A stretch of DNA of 63,037 nucleotides from an uncultured Phycisphaeraceae bacterium (GTDB lineage: Bacteria; Planctomycetota; Phycisphaerae; UBA1845): assembly GCA_964648365.1 (NCBI GenBank), contig CAZYLK010000008.1, positions 1 to 63,037 on the forward strand, written 5' to 3'. The notes under the pieces are model-generated. The model was not told the DNA's origin and did not search any database. It saw only the letters and a program-made list of their open reading frames with translations. The position numbers and the translations under genes are program-made. This document shows, one piece after another, positions 1-12,662 of this stretch (the stretch's first letter is position 1; each line of letters opens with the position of its first letter).

Positions 1-473
1 TGCGGGCTTACGTGGGTGGCGCGTTTGCGGATGTCCTGGATCTCATCGACGCACTCTTCCACCGAACTGTACTTCCGGTAGACGCTCATGAAACGCACGT
101 AGGCGACCGGGTTGACGCCGCGCAGGTGCCGGGCGACGAAGCGGCCGATCTGCTCCGAGGTCACCTCGCGATCATGCTCGCGGAACAGATCCTCCTCCAC
201 CCGATCGACCAGCCCGATGATTTCCTCGTCGGACACCGGCAGCTTGTAGCAGGCCCGCTCGATCCCGTCGCGGACCTTTTCGCGCTTGTAGAGCACGCCC
301 GAGCCGTCCGACTTGATGACGGTCAGCCGCAGCTCCTCCTCGATGCGCTCCTTGGTGGTGAAGCGTCGCCCGCACTCCAGGCACATCCGCCGCCGCCGGA
401 TCGCCCGCCCGCCGTCGGTCGTGCGCGAGTCGATCACCTTGTCGCTGTCCGTTCGGCAAGAAGGGCATCGCAT
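1..473 (-). CDS. nrdR: Transcriptional repressor NrdR, C-terminus cut by the window edge
   Basis: Reverse-strand translation from the ATG at 473-471 reads MRCPSCRTDSDKVIDSRTTDGGRAIRRRRMCLECGRRFTTKERIEEELRLTVIKSDG...VAYVRFMSVYRKY. This is a CxxC...CxxC zinc ribbon followed by an ATP-cone. The frame stays open to position 1, so it is absent from the ORF track. Confidence 0.85.
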   Translation of the reverse strand, partial: MRCPSCRTDSDKVIDSRTTDGGRAIRRRRMCLECGRRFTTKERIEEELRLTVIKSDGSGVLYKREKVRDGIERACYKLPVSDEEIIGLVDRVEEDLFREHDREVTSEQIGRFVARHLRGVNPVAYVRFMSVYRKYSSVEECVDEIQDIRKRATHVSP

Positions 474-845
474 GGATCAGACTCCTGAGGGTCGGCGCAC
501 ACACCCGGCGCGTGGCGCAGGATGCGGATTCCGTCAGTACGCCACACTATTTCGGGCCGTGTGAACGTAACACCGCAACATGTTGGATGTCAAATGCGTT
601 CGTGGCTCTGTACGCGCAGGCGTTCGTCACCGGTTCGCCTGGTGGACGCAGACGCGCGGCGAACGCGGTACCCGCAAGAACCCCGGCTTGAAAGTTGAAA
701 ATCCGCGTGCGGCGGGCCGGGGCTCTGAGGGGGCCGGGGCTCTGAGTGACCCGTGCCCTCTTCCCCTTCGTGCCTCCGCGCCTATGTGCCTCCGTGCCTG
801 CTCGCCCACTGGACGCGCGCCCGCCGTCGCCCGTAAGGTTCCTTT

Positions 846-1751
846 GTGGGTCGCTTGGTCTACAAAACGATCGCGGGGATCAAACTCCAGGCCTTCTCGG
901 TAGCGGGCGAGGAGTCCGTCATCGTCCTGCCCGAGCACAACGTCTGCTTCGACCCCGGCCGGGCACCGCGGGAGACCATCCCGATCGACAACATGTGCCT
1001 GACCCACGGCCACATGGATCACGCGGCCGGCGTCGCCTACTACCTGTCGCAGCGGACGTTCGTCGGCATCGCCCCCGGCCGCGTCATCTGTCATCGGGAG
1101 ATCGCCCAGCATATCCAGCGGCTGATGGCCGTCTGGGCCGACATCGAGCGGCACCCGTCGCCCGGAACGGTCTACGGTGTCGCGCCGCTGGAGGACGTGG
1201 AGATCCGCCGGGGGATGCTCCTGCGACCGTTCGAGGTCAACCACACGGCCGGGGCGCTCGGGTATTCCCTGATCGAGGTCCGCCGCAAGCTCAAACCGGA
1301 ACTGCTGGGCAAGACGGGGCCGGAGCTGGTCGCATTCAAGAAGCAGGGGATCGAAATCGAAAACGTCGTCGAGGTGCCGGTCGTCACGTGCAGCGGCGAC
1401 ACCGCCCTGGGCCGCTGGCTGGATCTGGAGTTCGTGCGCCGCAGCGAGGTACTGCTGGTGGAATGCACGTTTTTCGAGCCGGACCACCGGGAGCGCGCCC
1501 GTGCGGGGCGGCACATCCACGTCAACGACGTCCCTGCGATCCTGGAGGCCGTACCCGATGCCCGAGTCGTGCTGACCCACATGACCCGGCGAACCGACCC
1601 GCGGTGGGCGCGGCAGACGCTCGAACGTATCGTCAAGCCCGGCGACATGGAGCGACTCTCGTTCCTCATGGAGCGCGACCGCGACTCGACCAGCCGCAGA
1701 CCGCGCAGGCCCGGCCGCCACGAAGACGCAACGACGGAACCGGTCCCATGA
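846..1751 (+). CDS. MBL-fold metallo-hydrolase (RNase Z/ElaC-like)
   Basis: 301-aa ORF with the metallo-beta-lactamase motif LTHGHMDHAAG. GTG start. Its stop overlaps the next gene's ATG (ATGA at 1748-1751). Confidence 0.8.
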   Translation: MGRLVYKTIAGIKLQAFSVAGEESVIVLPEHNVCFDPGRAPRETIPIDNMCLTHGHMDHAAGVAYYLSQRTFVGIAPGRVICHREIAQHIQRLMAVWADIERHPSPGTVYGVAPLEDVEIRRGMLLRPFEVNHTAGALGYSLIEVRRKLKPELLGKTGPELVAFKKQGIEIENVVEVPVVTCSGDTALGRWLDLEFVRRSEVLLVECTFFEPDHRERARAGRHIHVNDVPAILEAVPDARVVLTHMTRRTDPRWARQTLERIVKPGDMERLSFLMERDRDSTSRRPRRPGRHEDATTEPVP

Positions 1752-2107
1752 ACGATCACAACACGACGCTGGCCGATCTGCGCCGCATCATGGACGAGTT
1801 CGTCACCGCGCGCGACTGGCGGCCGTTCCATGACCCCAAGAATCTCGCCTGCTCCATCCTCATCGAAGCGGGCGAACTCATGGAGCACTTCCAGTGGCTG
1901 CGAACCGACGAACTCGCGGCCGTGCGCGACGACCCGGCCCAGATGGCCGCGATCCGGGAGGAACTCGCCGACGTCTTCGCGTACGTACTCTCGTTTGCCG
2001 AGACGATGGGCATCGACCTGACCCAGGCGCTCGTCGAGAAGATGAAGAAAAACGAGCTAAAGTACCCGGCCGAGCGTTATCGCGGGCGCTTCCGCGCGGA
2101 TGACTGA
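1748..2107 (+). CDS. MazG-like nucleotide pyrophosphohydrolase (small all-alpha NTP-PPase)
   Basis: 119-aa product MNDHNTTLADLRRIMDEFVTARDWRPFHDPKNLACSILIEAGELMEHFQW...REELADVFAYVLSFA carries the EAGEL..E and EELADV helices typical of the MazG/dCTPase family. It starts at an internal ATG of track ORF 746..2107, whose upstream part is an out-of-frame overlap of the MBL gene. Confidence 0.8.
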   Translation: MNDHNTTLADLRRIMDEFVTARDWRPFHDPKNLACSILIEAGELMEHFQWLRTDELAAVRDDPAQMAAIREELADVFAYVLSFAETMGIDLTQALVEKMKKNELKYPAERYRGRFRADD

Positions 2108-2232
2108 CGCGCCGGCCGGAATCGTGCTACGATCCGACCCACCGTCCGCGGCGGAATGCGCGTGCGTCCAGCCCGGCGGGACACGGTTCATCCGGACCGG
2201 ACGTCCGCTCACGCCCCAGGTGATCACCCGCC

Positions 2233-3729
2233 ATGAACGAAGCCTACACCGACCTCGTCACCCGCCTTCGCGAAATCAGCCGGCTCAACGCCATTTCGTC
2301 GCTGCTCGACTGGGACCAGGAAACGTACATGCCGCCCCGTGGCGCCGTCGCCCGGGCCGACCAGCAGGCGCTGGTGGCGGGCCTGGCGCACGAACGGCTC
2401 GTCTCGGACGAGTTCGCCGCCAGCCTGGACGGGGCGCGGTTCGATGAGGCCGACTTCGCCGCGACGGCGAACGTCCGCGAGGCGCGGCGCGTCTTCGAGC
2501 GGCAGCGGAAGCTCCCCACGTCGCTGGTCGAGCAGATCGCTCACGCCGCCTCCAGCGCCAAGTCCGCCTGGATGAAAGCACGCGCGGATGCGAACTTCGC
2601 CCAGTTCGCCCCGGCCCTGACCCGGCTTCTCGACCTCAAACGGGAAGCGGCGGGCCTGATCGGCTACGCCAATGAACCCTACGAGGCGCTGATGGACGAG
2701 TATGAGCCGGGTGCTTCCGTGCCCGCGCTCGAACCGGTCTTCAGGCAGCTTCGCGAGTTCACCGTGGAACTGCTGGACCGCATCCGCGCCTCCAGCCGCC
2801 AGCCGGATGAGTCCATCCTGACGCGGCACTACCCGCGGGCCAAGCAGGAGCAGCTTTCCGCCCGCATGGCGACGCTGCTGCATTACGACTTCGAGGCCGG
2901 CCGCATCGACGTATCGACCCATCCGTTCTGCACCACCATCGGCGGACCGACCGACGTACGGATCACCACGCGCTACAACGAGTCGTTCGTCGCGCCCGCG
3001 CTGTTCGGCACGCTCCATGAAGCCGGACACGCGCTCTATGAGCAGGGTCTCCAAGTCGAGCATGCCGGCACGCCGATGGGCGAAGCGGTTTCGCTGGGTA
3101 TTCATGAGTCACAGTCGCGCCTGTGGGAAAACCTCGTCGGTCGTGGGCGGCCCTTCTGGGAAGGTCAGTACGCCTACACTCAGGGCCTCTTCCCCGACGC
3201 CCTCGGAAACGTCACGCTGGATGCTTTCTGGCGCGCGATCAACGCGGTAAAGCCTTCGATGATTCGCGTCGAGGCGGACGAGCTGACGTACAACCTGCAC
3301 ATCATTCTGCGCTTCGAGCTGGAGCGCGGGATGTTGCGCGGCGACGTAGGGGTCAACGACGTACCGGCGGCGTGGAACGAGAGCATGAAGTCCCAACTGG
3401 GAATCGAGCCGTCCAACGACCGGGAAGGCTGCCTGCAGGATATTCACTGGTCGCTGGGCGCCTTCGGCTACTTCCCGACGTACACGCTGGGCAACCTGTA
3501 CGCGGCGCAATTCTACCAGGCCGCACGGACCCAGATCGGAAACCTCGACGACGCGATTCGCCAGGGAAACACGCGGCCTCTGCTCGACTGGCTGCGGGAG
3601 AAGATTCACCGTCACGGCCAGCGATACCGCGCGCACGAACTGGTGCAGGCCGTCACCGGCAAGCCGCTCTCCATCGAACCGTTCTGCGAGTACGCACGGG
3701 CGAAGTTCGGCGCGGTATACGGCGTCTGA
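2233..3729 (+). CDS. Carboxypeptidase, peptidase family M32 (Taq-type)
   Basis: 498 aa with the HEAGHALYEQG zinc motif plus HESQSRLWEN, DIHW and GYFPTYTLGN motifs. Confidence 0.9.
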   Translation: MNEAYTDLVTRLREISRLNAISSLLDWDQETYMPPRGAVARADQQALVAGLAHERLVSDEFAASLDGARFDEADFAATANVREARRVFERQRKLPTSLVEQIAHAASSAKSAWMKARADANFAQFAPALTRLLDLKREAAGLIGYANEPYEALMDEYEPGASVPALEPVFRQLREFTVELLDRIRASSRQPDESILTRHYPRAKQEQLSARMATLLHYDFEAGRIDVSTHPFCTTIGGPTDVRITTRYNESFVAPALFGTLHEAGHALYEQGLQVEHAGTPMGEAVSLGIHESQSRLWENLVGRGRPFWEGQYAYTQGLFPDALGNVTLDAFWRAINAVKPSMIRVEADELTYNLHIILRFELERGMLRGDVGVNDVPAAWNESMKSQLGIEPSNDREGCLQDIHWSLGAFGYFPTYTLGNLYAAQFYQAARTQIGNLDDAIRQGNTRPLLDWLREKIHRHGQRYRAHELVQAVTGKPLSIEPFCEYARAKFGAVYGV

Positions 3730-3747
3730 TCGGCTGTCCGTAGGATC

Positions 3748-3765
3748 GCCAGGCTCCAGCCTGGC
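3748..3765. terminator. GC-rich hairpin GCCAGGCT-CC-AGCCTGGC, 19 nt after the M32 stop, with no T-tract
   Basis: Perfect 8-bp inverted repeat read directly. It lies in the convergent gap between the stops at 3729 and 3966. Confidence 0.3.
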
Positions 3766-3888
3766 AACACGGGATACGATGGGCGCGACTCGTGAACCCT
3801 CACGTTGCATGAATCGTCGCTGTCGAGGCCGTGCTTACCCGGTTTCTCCGCAGAATCCGGGAGCCGATGCAATGTGCGTCCTTTCTGC

Positions 3889-3930
3889 ATTCGTTATTCG
3901 CCCTTCGCTATTCGCCATTCGCGATTCTCC
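3889..3930. repeat. Degenerate heptanucleotide tandem array (ATTCGCC-like), 6 units
   Basis: attcgtt attcgcc cttcgct attcgcc attcgcg attctcc. The array ends 36 nt downstream of the comF stop (minus strand). Confidence 0.85.
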
Positions 3931-3965
3931 GCGCCGGCAACAGCCCGCGGCTCGCGCCATGACGC

Positions 3966-4745
3966 TCACACGCCGAGCATCGCTTCCATGTTCGTGGCCG
4001 CGCGGGCAAGCACTGCGGCACCTACAAACTCGGCGCCGCCCCGTCGGAGCACCCGGGCACATTCCGCCAGCGTCGCGCCCGTGGTGGACACGTCGTCCAC
4101 CAGCAACAGCCTTGCGCCCTCGAGCCGCGTACCCCGAGTCAGCGCGAACGCGCCGCGGACGTTGTCGATCCGCTGCTGCGCGGTCAGACCGATCTGGTGC
4201 GGCCCGCCTCGCACCCGCCGCAGCGCCGGCACAACCGGGCGATGGAGCCGTCGCGCCAGCCCTCGGCTCAGTTCGCTCGGCACGTGCAGCTTCGCCTTGA
4301 CACGCCGCCACGCTGTAGTGGGTACGGGCACGATCGCGTCGACGTCGCTCAGCGGCGGCAGGTCAGGCCGCTGTGACGCCACTTCGACAACGTCCGCGAG
4401 CCACCCGCCGAGGATCGCCCCGGCCGCGGGATCGCCGTCGTACTTGAAGGCCAGCACGAGAGGACCGAGCGCGTGGCCATACGAACCGACGCGAACGACG
4501 CGCGACACCGCCGGCCGCTTGTCTCGACACCGCTTGCAGTCGCCCTCGTCGATCGCCGATCCAGGCGCGTCCGCGGCACAGCGCGGGCATGAGGGCGCCG
4601 TGCGATCCTGGTTGACGCGCGTCGAGCAGTCCGGGCAGACATGGGCCGCACCCGGCAGGTCGAATCTCCGGCACAAAAGGCAGCGGGGCGGGAGAACGGC
4701 GCATCGAAACGCCTGGCTCGCGCGTAACAGGAGCGAGTGTGCCAT
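3966..4745 (-). CDS. comF: ComF-family protein (zinc-finger N-terminus + phosphoribosyltransferase domain)
   Basis: N-terminal CLLCRR...CPDC...CPRC...CKRC cysteine pairs and a C-terminal PRTase loop LLLVDDVSTTGATL. Start moved to the ATG at 4745 (MAHSLLL); the track ORF extends to 4886. Confidence 0.75.
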   Translation of the reverse strand: MAHSLLLRASQAFRCAVLPPRCLLCRRFDLPGAAHVCPDCSTRVNQDRTAPSCPRCAADAPGSAIDEGDCKRCRDKRPAVSRVVRVGSYGHALGPLVLAFKYDGDPAAGAILGGWLADVVEVASQRPDLPPLSDVDAIVPVPTTAWRRVKAKLHVPSELSRGLARRLHRPVVPALRRVRGGPHQIGLTAQQRIDNVRGAFALTRGTRLEGARLLLVDDVSTTGATLAECARVLRRGGAEFVGAAVLARAATNMEAMLGV

Positions 4746-5108
4746 TTCAGACGCTCTCTCGTCGCCAGTGGGCGGCTGCGATGCCCACATCCTGGCGACG
4801 ATCGTCGGGTCGCGAGAACGGCACGCGACGGGAACCTGCAACGGCAAGTGGACGCCCGCCCAGGCGCCGTCACCGGCCGACGACACAATCTGACACTTCG
4901 ACCCGCCCGTGAGGCTTTCGTTCGGGTCAAGCGCGTAGTATAGTGGAGAACGCCGTGTGAGCGAGCCGCCGAAAGGACGATTTTCACCCGGGGCATCCTG
5001 TCACGAGCGCAATGTGGAGCATCCGCCGGGCGGATCGCTCCCTGACGGACACTCCGCAACTCGGCAGACTCGGCGGCGACCCTTCGACTGACTACGATCT
5101 GGATAACT

Positions 5109-6509
5109 ATGGAAGCAGCGAATCGACAGCGAGGGCGTCGGTCTGGACCCACGCCCGGTAGACGACCCCGCGTCACGTCCCGTTCCCAACCGGTGCGCCG
5201 CATCAGGCTGCGCGCGACCGCCGGCGGCGTCGCGGCCGCGATGTGCGTCGCCTGGTTGACGCCGTCCCCGGCCCGCGCACAGGGCCGCGGGCCGACCCGC
5301 GTCGTCGTAGCGGAAACCCAAGTCCGCGACATGCCCGCCACGGCCACGCTGGTCGGCAGCGTGGACGCCGTGCGGCGCAGCCGCGTCGGCGCGGAGGTCG
5401 GCGGCATCGTGGTGGAAATGCCGGTTCGCCAGGGCGACGCCGTCACCGCCGGCGACCTGATCTGCCGCCTCGACGACGAACTGGTGCGCTTCCAACTCGA
5501 TGAGGCGCGGGCCCGGCTGGGATCGTTGAAAGCCGTTCACGAGGAACTCGTCACCGGCACGCGCCCGGAAGTTCTGGCGCGGCTCGAAGCGATCGTCGCC
5601 GAGGCCGAGGCGCGGCGACAACGCTGGGCCTACGAAGTCGAACGCGTCCGACGGCTCTACTCGGACAAAGAGGCCGGATCGCAGAAGGAAGTGTACGACG
5701 CAGAGGCGGAACTGGCGTCCGCGGTACACCTGAAAGCCGCCGCCGAGGCGAACTACGAAGAAGCCAAGAACGGCCCGCGTCGCGAGGAAATCGCACGAGC
5801 GGCCTACGACGTCGCGGAGCAGGAATCCGTCGTCCAGCGCCTGGAGCGCGAACTGCGGAAGACGCGCATCCTGGCCCCGTTCGACGGATACGTCGTACGA
5901 CGCGCGGTGGAAGTCGGCGAGTGGGTCGCCAGCGGCGATGAAGTCGTCGAGATCGCCGACCTCAGCACCGTGCTCGTGCGCGTCTATGTGCCAGAGTTCG
6001 CACTCGCCTACTGCACGGAAGGGACGGAAGCCGGCGTGCGCATCGACGCGCTCCAGCGCACGTACGCCGGGCACATCAAGCATCGCATTCCCCTTGCGGA
6101 TGCGACGGCGCGGACGTTTCCCGTCGAGATCGAAGTCGACAACGCCGACCGGCACCTGGCCGCGGGCATGTTCGCCCGCGCCACGGTTCCGTCAGGGCCG
6201 GACACGAAGTCCGTCGCGGTCCCGCGCGACGCCGTCACCGACCGGCAGGGAACGTCGTACATCGCCCTGGTCATGCCCGGTGAGCGCGGGCTGACCGCCA
6301 TGCCGACGCCGGTGGCGATCGGCGCCGACGCGGGCGGCTGGGTCGCCATCAAGTCGGACAACGTGCCGCCCGGCGCGCAGGTGGTGATCCGGGGCAACGA
6401 GCGCATCATGTTCCCGGAACCGGTGGCCCTGGTCGACGAACTCGGCAGACCGATCGAAAAAGGCAATGAGGGAGTGAAGGAACAGGGCAGCGAGGGAACA
6501 AAGGAGTGA
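5109..6509 (+). CDS. Efflux RND transporter periplasmic adaptor (membrane-fusion protein, HlyD family)
   Basis: 466 aa with the lipoyl/hairpin/beta-barrel pattern (VGSVDAVRRSRVGAEVGGIVVEMPVRQGDAVTAGDLICRLDD ... coiled-coil ... ILAPFDGYVV). It lies directly upstream of an RND permease. The exact start is uncertain. Confidence 0.85.
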   Translation: MEAANRQRGRRSGPTPGRRPRVTSRSQPVRRIRLRATAGGVAAAMCVAWLTPSPARAQGRGPTRVVVAETQVRDMPATATLVGSVDAVRRSRVGAEVGGIVVEMPVRQGDAVTAGDLICRLDDELVRFQLDEARARLGSLKAVHEELVTGTRPEVLARLEAIVAEAEARRQRWAYEVERVRRLYSDKEAGSQKEVYDAEAELASAVHLKAAAEANYEEAKNGPRREEIARAAYDVAEQESVVQRLERELRKTRILAPFDGYVVRRAVEVGEWVASGDEVVEIADLSTVLVRVYVPEFALAYCTEGTEAGVRIDALQRTYAGHIKHRIPLADATARTFPVEIEVDNADRHLAAGMFARATVPSGPDTKSVAVPRDAVTDRQGTSYIALVMPGERGLTAMPTPVAIGADAGGWVAIKSDNVPPGAQVVIRGNERIMFPEPVALVDELGRPIEKGNEGVKEQGSEGTKE

Positions 6510-6656
6510 GGGTGTGAGGGAATCAGGAAGGAAGCCGCGCCGCGTCACGCCGATCGAACCGGCCGCTGGCAGGTCTACCGCTATCGTCGTTGAGGGCGTT
6601 CGATCGGTAAAGCACCCGCGCAGAACCCGAACCGCCCAAGCCATGAGGACTACCCC

Positions 6657-10139
<3,483 letters not shown>

Positions 10140-10204
10140 ACGCAGCTTCGACGCGAGCGTGTGCGTCTCTTGGCGGCCTGCCGTGCGCGACGTCCCGGCG
10201 GGCC

Positions 10205-10669
10205 TTATCGACCGCCAAGGGTCCGCTCGCGGCGGAGCACCTCCCGCAGTGCGTCCTCCATGATGCCGGTCTTCAACACGCGCCCGCCACACGGTCGGAC
10301 CTCCAGCCGGTCCTGTATCCACATCAAGATATGGCTGCCGTTGTCGAATGTCACTTCAACGTACCAGAGCGGGATCAGGGCCACCTTCTGCACAGGCCGG
10401 CGCTCCCGTGGCTGATACGACCTCCGGGAACGGACGATGGCCTTGGCGAGGATCGCGCGCGATTTGGCGTCCGTCCGAACCTCGTCCAGAAACTGCGGAT
10501 CGTCCCCGCACCGGATCCTCGTCACCACAGGTTGAGGAGCGCCTCGGGCGAATACGACGCACGGGTCGGGCGGCGCGGGCGGTCGATGGCGCATCAGCCA
10601 CAGATGCACCAGCGGCGGCGCCGCCAGACCGGCCACAAAGGCGGCGAGCGCCAGCAGTCGGATGAGCAT
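10205..10669 (-). CDS. Hypothetical membrane-anchored protein
   Basis: ATG at 10669 gives MLIRLLALAAFVAGLAAPPLVHLWL (an N-terminal TM helix) followed by a soluble domain of about 125 aa. I recognise no motif. Confidence 0.45.
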   Translation of the reverse strand: MLIRLLALAAFVAGLAAPPLVHLWLMRHRPPAPPDPCVVFARGAPQPVVTRIRCGDDPQFLDEVRTDAKSRAILAKAIVRSRRSYQPRERRPVQKVALIPLWYVEVTFDNGSHILMWIQDRLEVRPCGGRVLKTGIMEDALREVLRRERTLGGR

Positions 10670-10867
10670 GGGCCACGACTCCAATCAGCCGAAAGGGACC
10701 GTTCCATATTCGAGTCACGACCCCGTCCCAGCGGTCCCGGTTCGACGCAAGCCGACGGCCACCGAACGCTCCCCGCTCGGATGGCCAACCTGCGCCCACT
10801 TCGATAGTATAATGGCAGGGTTCCGTCTCCGCACCGGACCCGCCGATCGAACATAGAGCGCACCAGA

Positions 10868-11977
10868 ATGAGCCGAAGCATTGATCGCATCACCCTTCGC
10901 GGTTTCAAGTCCGTCCAGTCAATGGACGGACTGCAGATGCACAACCTGAACGTGCTCATCGGCCCGAACGGCGCAGGCAAGAGCAACTTCATTGATTTCT
11001 TCCGCATGGTGCGGGCGATGGCGAGCGGCGGTCTGCAGGCGTTCGTCAACGAGCAGGGCGGCGCCGACGGCCTCTTTCATCTTGGCCCCAAAGCGACGCC
11101 GACCATCCACGCGCGGATCGAGTTCGGGCCAGGCGCTTACGAGTTCGGCCTGAAGGCGACCGCTGCTTCCGGGCTGATGATTGACGCAGAGCGGACTCAG
11201 CTCATCGGCGGTGCCAAGCGGACGATCAGTCACGGCGTCATGGAATCCCAATTGGAAGCCATAAGCGCCGGGTCTGAGCGGGCGGGCGGCAATGGCGCCG
11301 GCGTCGACGCGAGCGTCCATGACGCGATTTTCTCCTGGGTCGTCTACCACTTTCACGACACCAGCATGCTGGCGCCCATGCGCCGCGAGCAGTCGGCTCG
11401 GGACTACGAGCGGCTGCGTCCGGACGCATCCAACATCGCGGCGTTCCTCTTGCGATTGAGAGACAAAGACGCGGGCCGCTACGCGATGATCCGCGACACG
11501 GTGCGATTGATCGCGCCCTTCTTCGACGACTTCCTGCTGCGGCCGGAAGAAAAGGCCGGCGACCAGAAGCTGCGACTTGAATGGCGGCAGAAAGGCACCG
11601 ACTTTCCCTTTCAACCGGGACAACTGTCCGACGGTACGCTGCGCTTCATCTGTCTGGCCACCGCGCTTTCACAACCAGCGCTGCCGACCACGGTCGTGAT
11701 CGACGAGCCGGAACTCGGACTGCACCCGTTCGCGATTACACTGCTGGCGGACCTGATCAAATCGGCTTCGCAGCAGACGCAGGTCGTCATCTCGACGCAG
11801 TCGCCGGCGCTACTGGACCATTTCGCGCCGGAAGACGTGATCGTGGTCAACCGCACCAACGGCCGGTCGCAGTTCCAGCGGCTCGACGCGGCGGAACTGG
11901 CGGAGTGGCTGGAAGACTACTCCGTCGGCGATCTGTGGCAAAAGAACGTCGTTCGGGGGGGGCCGGAGGGTGCCTGA
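10868..11977 (+). CDS. AAA_21/SMC-RecF-OLD-type ABC ATPase (soluble)
   Basis: Walker A GPNGAGKSN, signature-like QLSDGTLRF, Walker B VVIDEPELGLHP and ISTQSP, with a long insert between Walker A and the signature. No TM segments. Confidence 0.85.
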   Translation: MSRSIDRITLRGFKSVQSMDGLQMHNLNVLIGPNGAGKSNFIDFFRMVRAMASGGLQAFVNEQGGADGLFHLGPKATPTIHARIEFGPGAYEFGLKATAASGLMIDAERTQLIGGAKRTISHGVMESQLEAISAGSERAGGNGAGVDASVHDAIFSWVVYHFHDTSMLAPMRREQSARDYERLRPDASNIAAFLLRLRDKDAGRYAMIRDTVRLIAPFFDDFLLRPEEKAGDQKLRLEWRQKGTDFPFQPGQLSDGTLRFICLATALSQPALPTTVVIDEPELGLHPFAITLLADLIKSASQQTQVVISTQSPALLDHFAPEDVIVVNRTNGRSQFQRLDAAELAEWLEDYSVGDLWQKNVVRGGPEGA

Positions 11978-12662
11978 GATCGTCGTGCTCGTGGAGGGTC
12001 AGACCGAGCAGACGTTTGTGCGCGACCAGTTGGCCGCGCGCTTCGGCGCCGTTGGTATCGCCGTATGGCCGGTGCTGTCGGGCAAGGCTGGAAAGCAGGG
12101 CGGGGCACCCCGGTGGCACGTGGCGCGCAAGGACATCCAGCGCGTGCTCAAGCGGGGCCACTATTGTACAACCATGTTTGACTTCTACGGCTTGCCGCTC
12201 GACTGGCCGGGACGTGCTGAGGCGTCCGGCCTGCCGTGGCAGGATCGGGCCGAACACGTGGAGAGGGCGCTCGCGGACGACATCTCAACCCGCATGGGCT
12301 CGAGCTTCAACCCCGCGCGGTTTGTTCCGTACGTCCAGTTGCATGAGTTCGAGGCCCTGCTGTTCGCCGACCTTGAAGCGCTGGTCGCCGTGACCGGCAT
12401 GCTGAGTCAGACTCCGCCGGCAAGGCTTCGCGAAGCGTTTGGCGCCATTCTGACGGAGGCTCACGGCCAGCCGGAAGCCATCGACGACGGCTTCGACACA
12501 TGCCCGTCGCACCGCATCGCATCACTGGTGCCGGCTTACCGCAAGCGGCTGCACGGGTCGATTCTGGTTGCGCGGATCGGCCTGAACGCCATGATCGCGA
12601 ACTGCCCGCACTTCGGGGAGTGGGTCGGCGCGCTTGAAGCCCTCGGTAAACACGCAGAGTAG
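11970..12662 (+). CDS. DUF4276-family protein
   Basis: IVVLVEGQTEQTF, DFYGLP, HEFEALLFAD and CPSHRI motifs match my recollection of DUF4276. The GTG at 11970 overlaps the upstream stop (11975-11977). The start is uncertain by a few codons. Confidence 0.75.
   Translation: MPEIVVLVEGQTEQTFVRDQLAARFGAVGIAVWPVLSGKAGKQGGAPRWHVARKDIQRVLKRGHYCTTMFDFYGLPLDWPGRAEASGLPWQDRAEHVERALADDISTRMGSSFNPARFVPYVQLHEFEALLFADLEALVAVTGMLSQTPPARLREAFGAILTEAHGQPEAIDDGFDTCPSHRIASLVPAYRKRLHGSILVARIGLNAMIANCPHFGEWVGALEALGKHAE

Noticed and set aside
12-488. 158-aa + strand ORF at the left edge.
   Set aside because: The opposite strand reads an unmistakable NrdR (zinc ribbon + ATP-cone) starting at 473. The + strand ORF is its shadow.
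627-1721. Long antisense or out-of-frame ORFs throughout the track. Examples: 627-1721(-), 4349-5446(-), 5001-6155(-), 8106-9686(-), 21536-22798(-), 26657-27988(+), 39641-40819(+), 42812-44167(+), 44207-45838(+), 54039-55298(+), 55844-57814(+).
   Set aside because: Their translations are Arg/Ala/Gly/Pro-rich with no recognisable motifs. Each lies opposite or out of frame to an ORF with clear family signatures. Such shadow ORFs are expected in DNA this GC-rich, where stop codons are rare.
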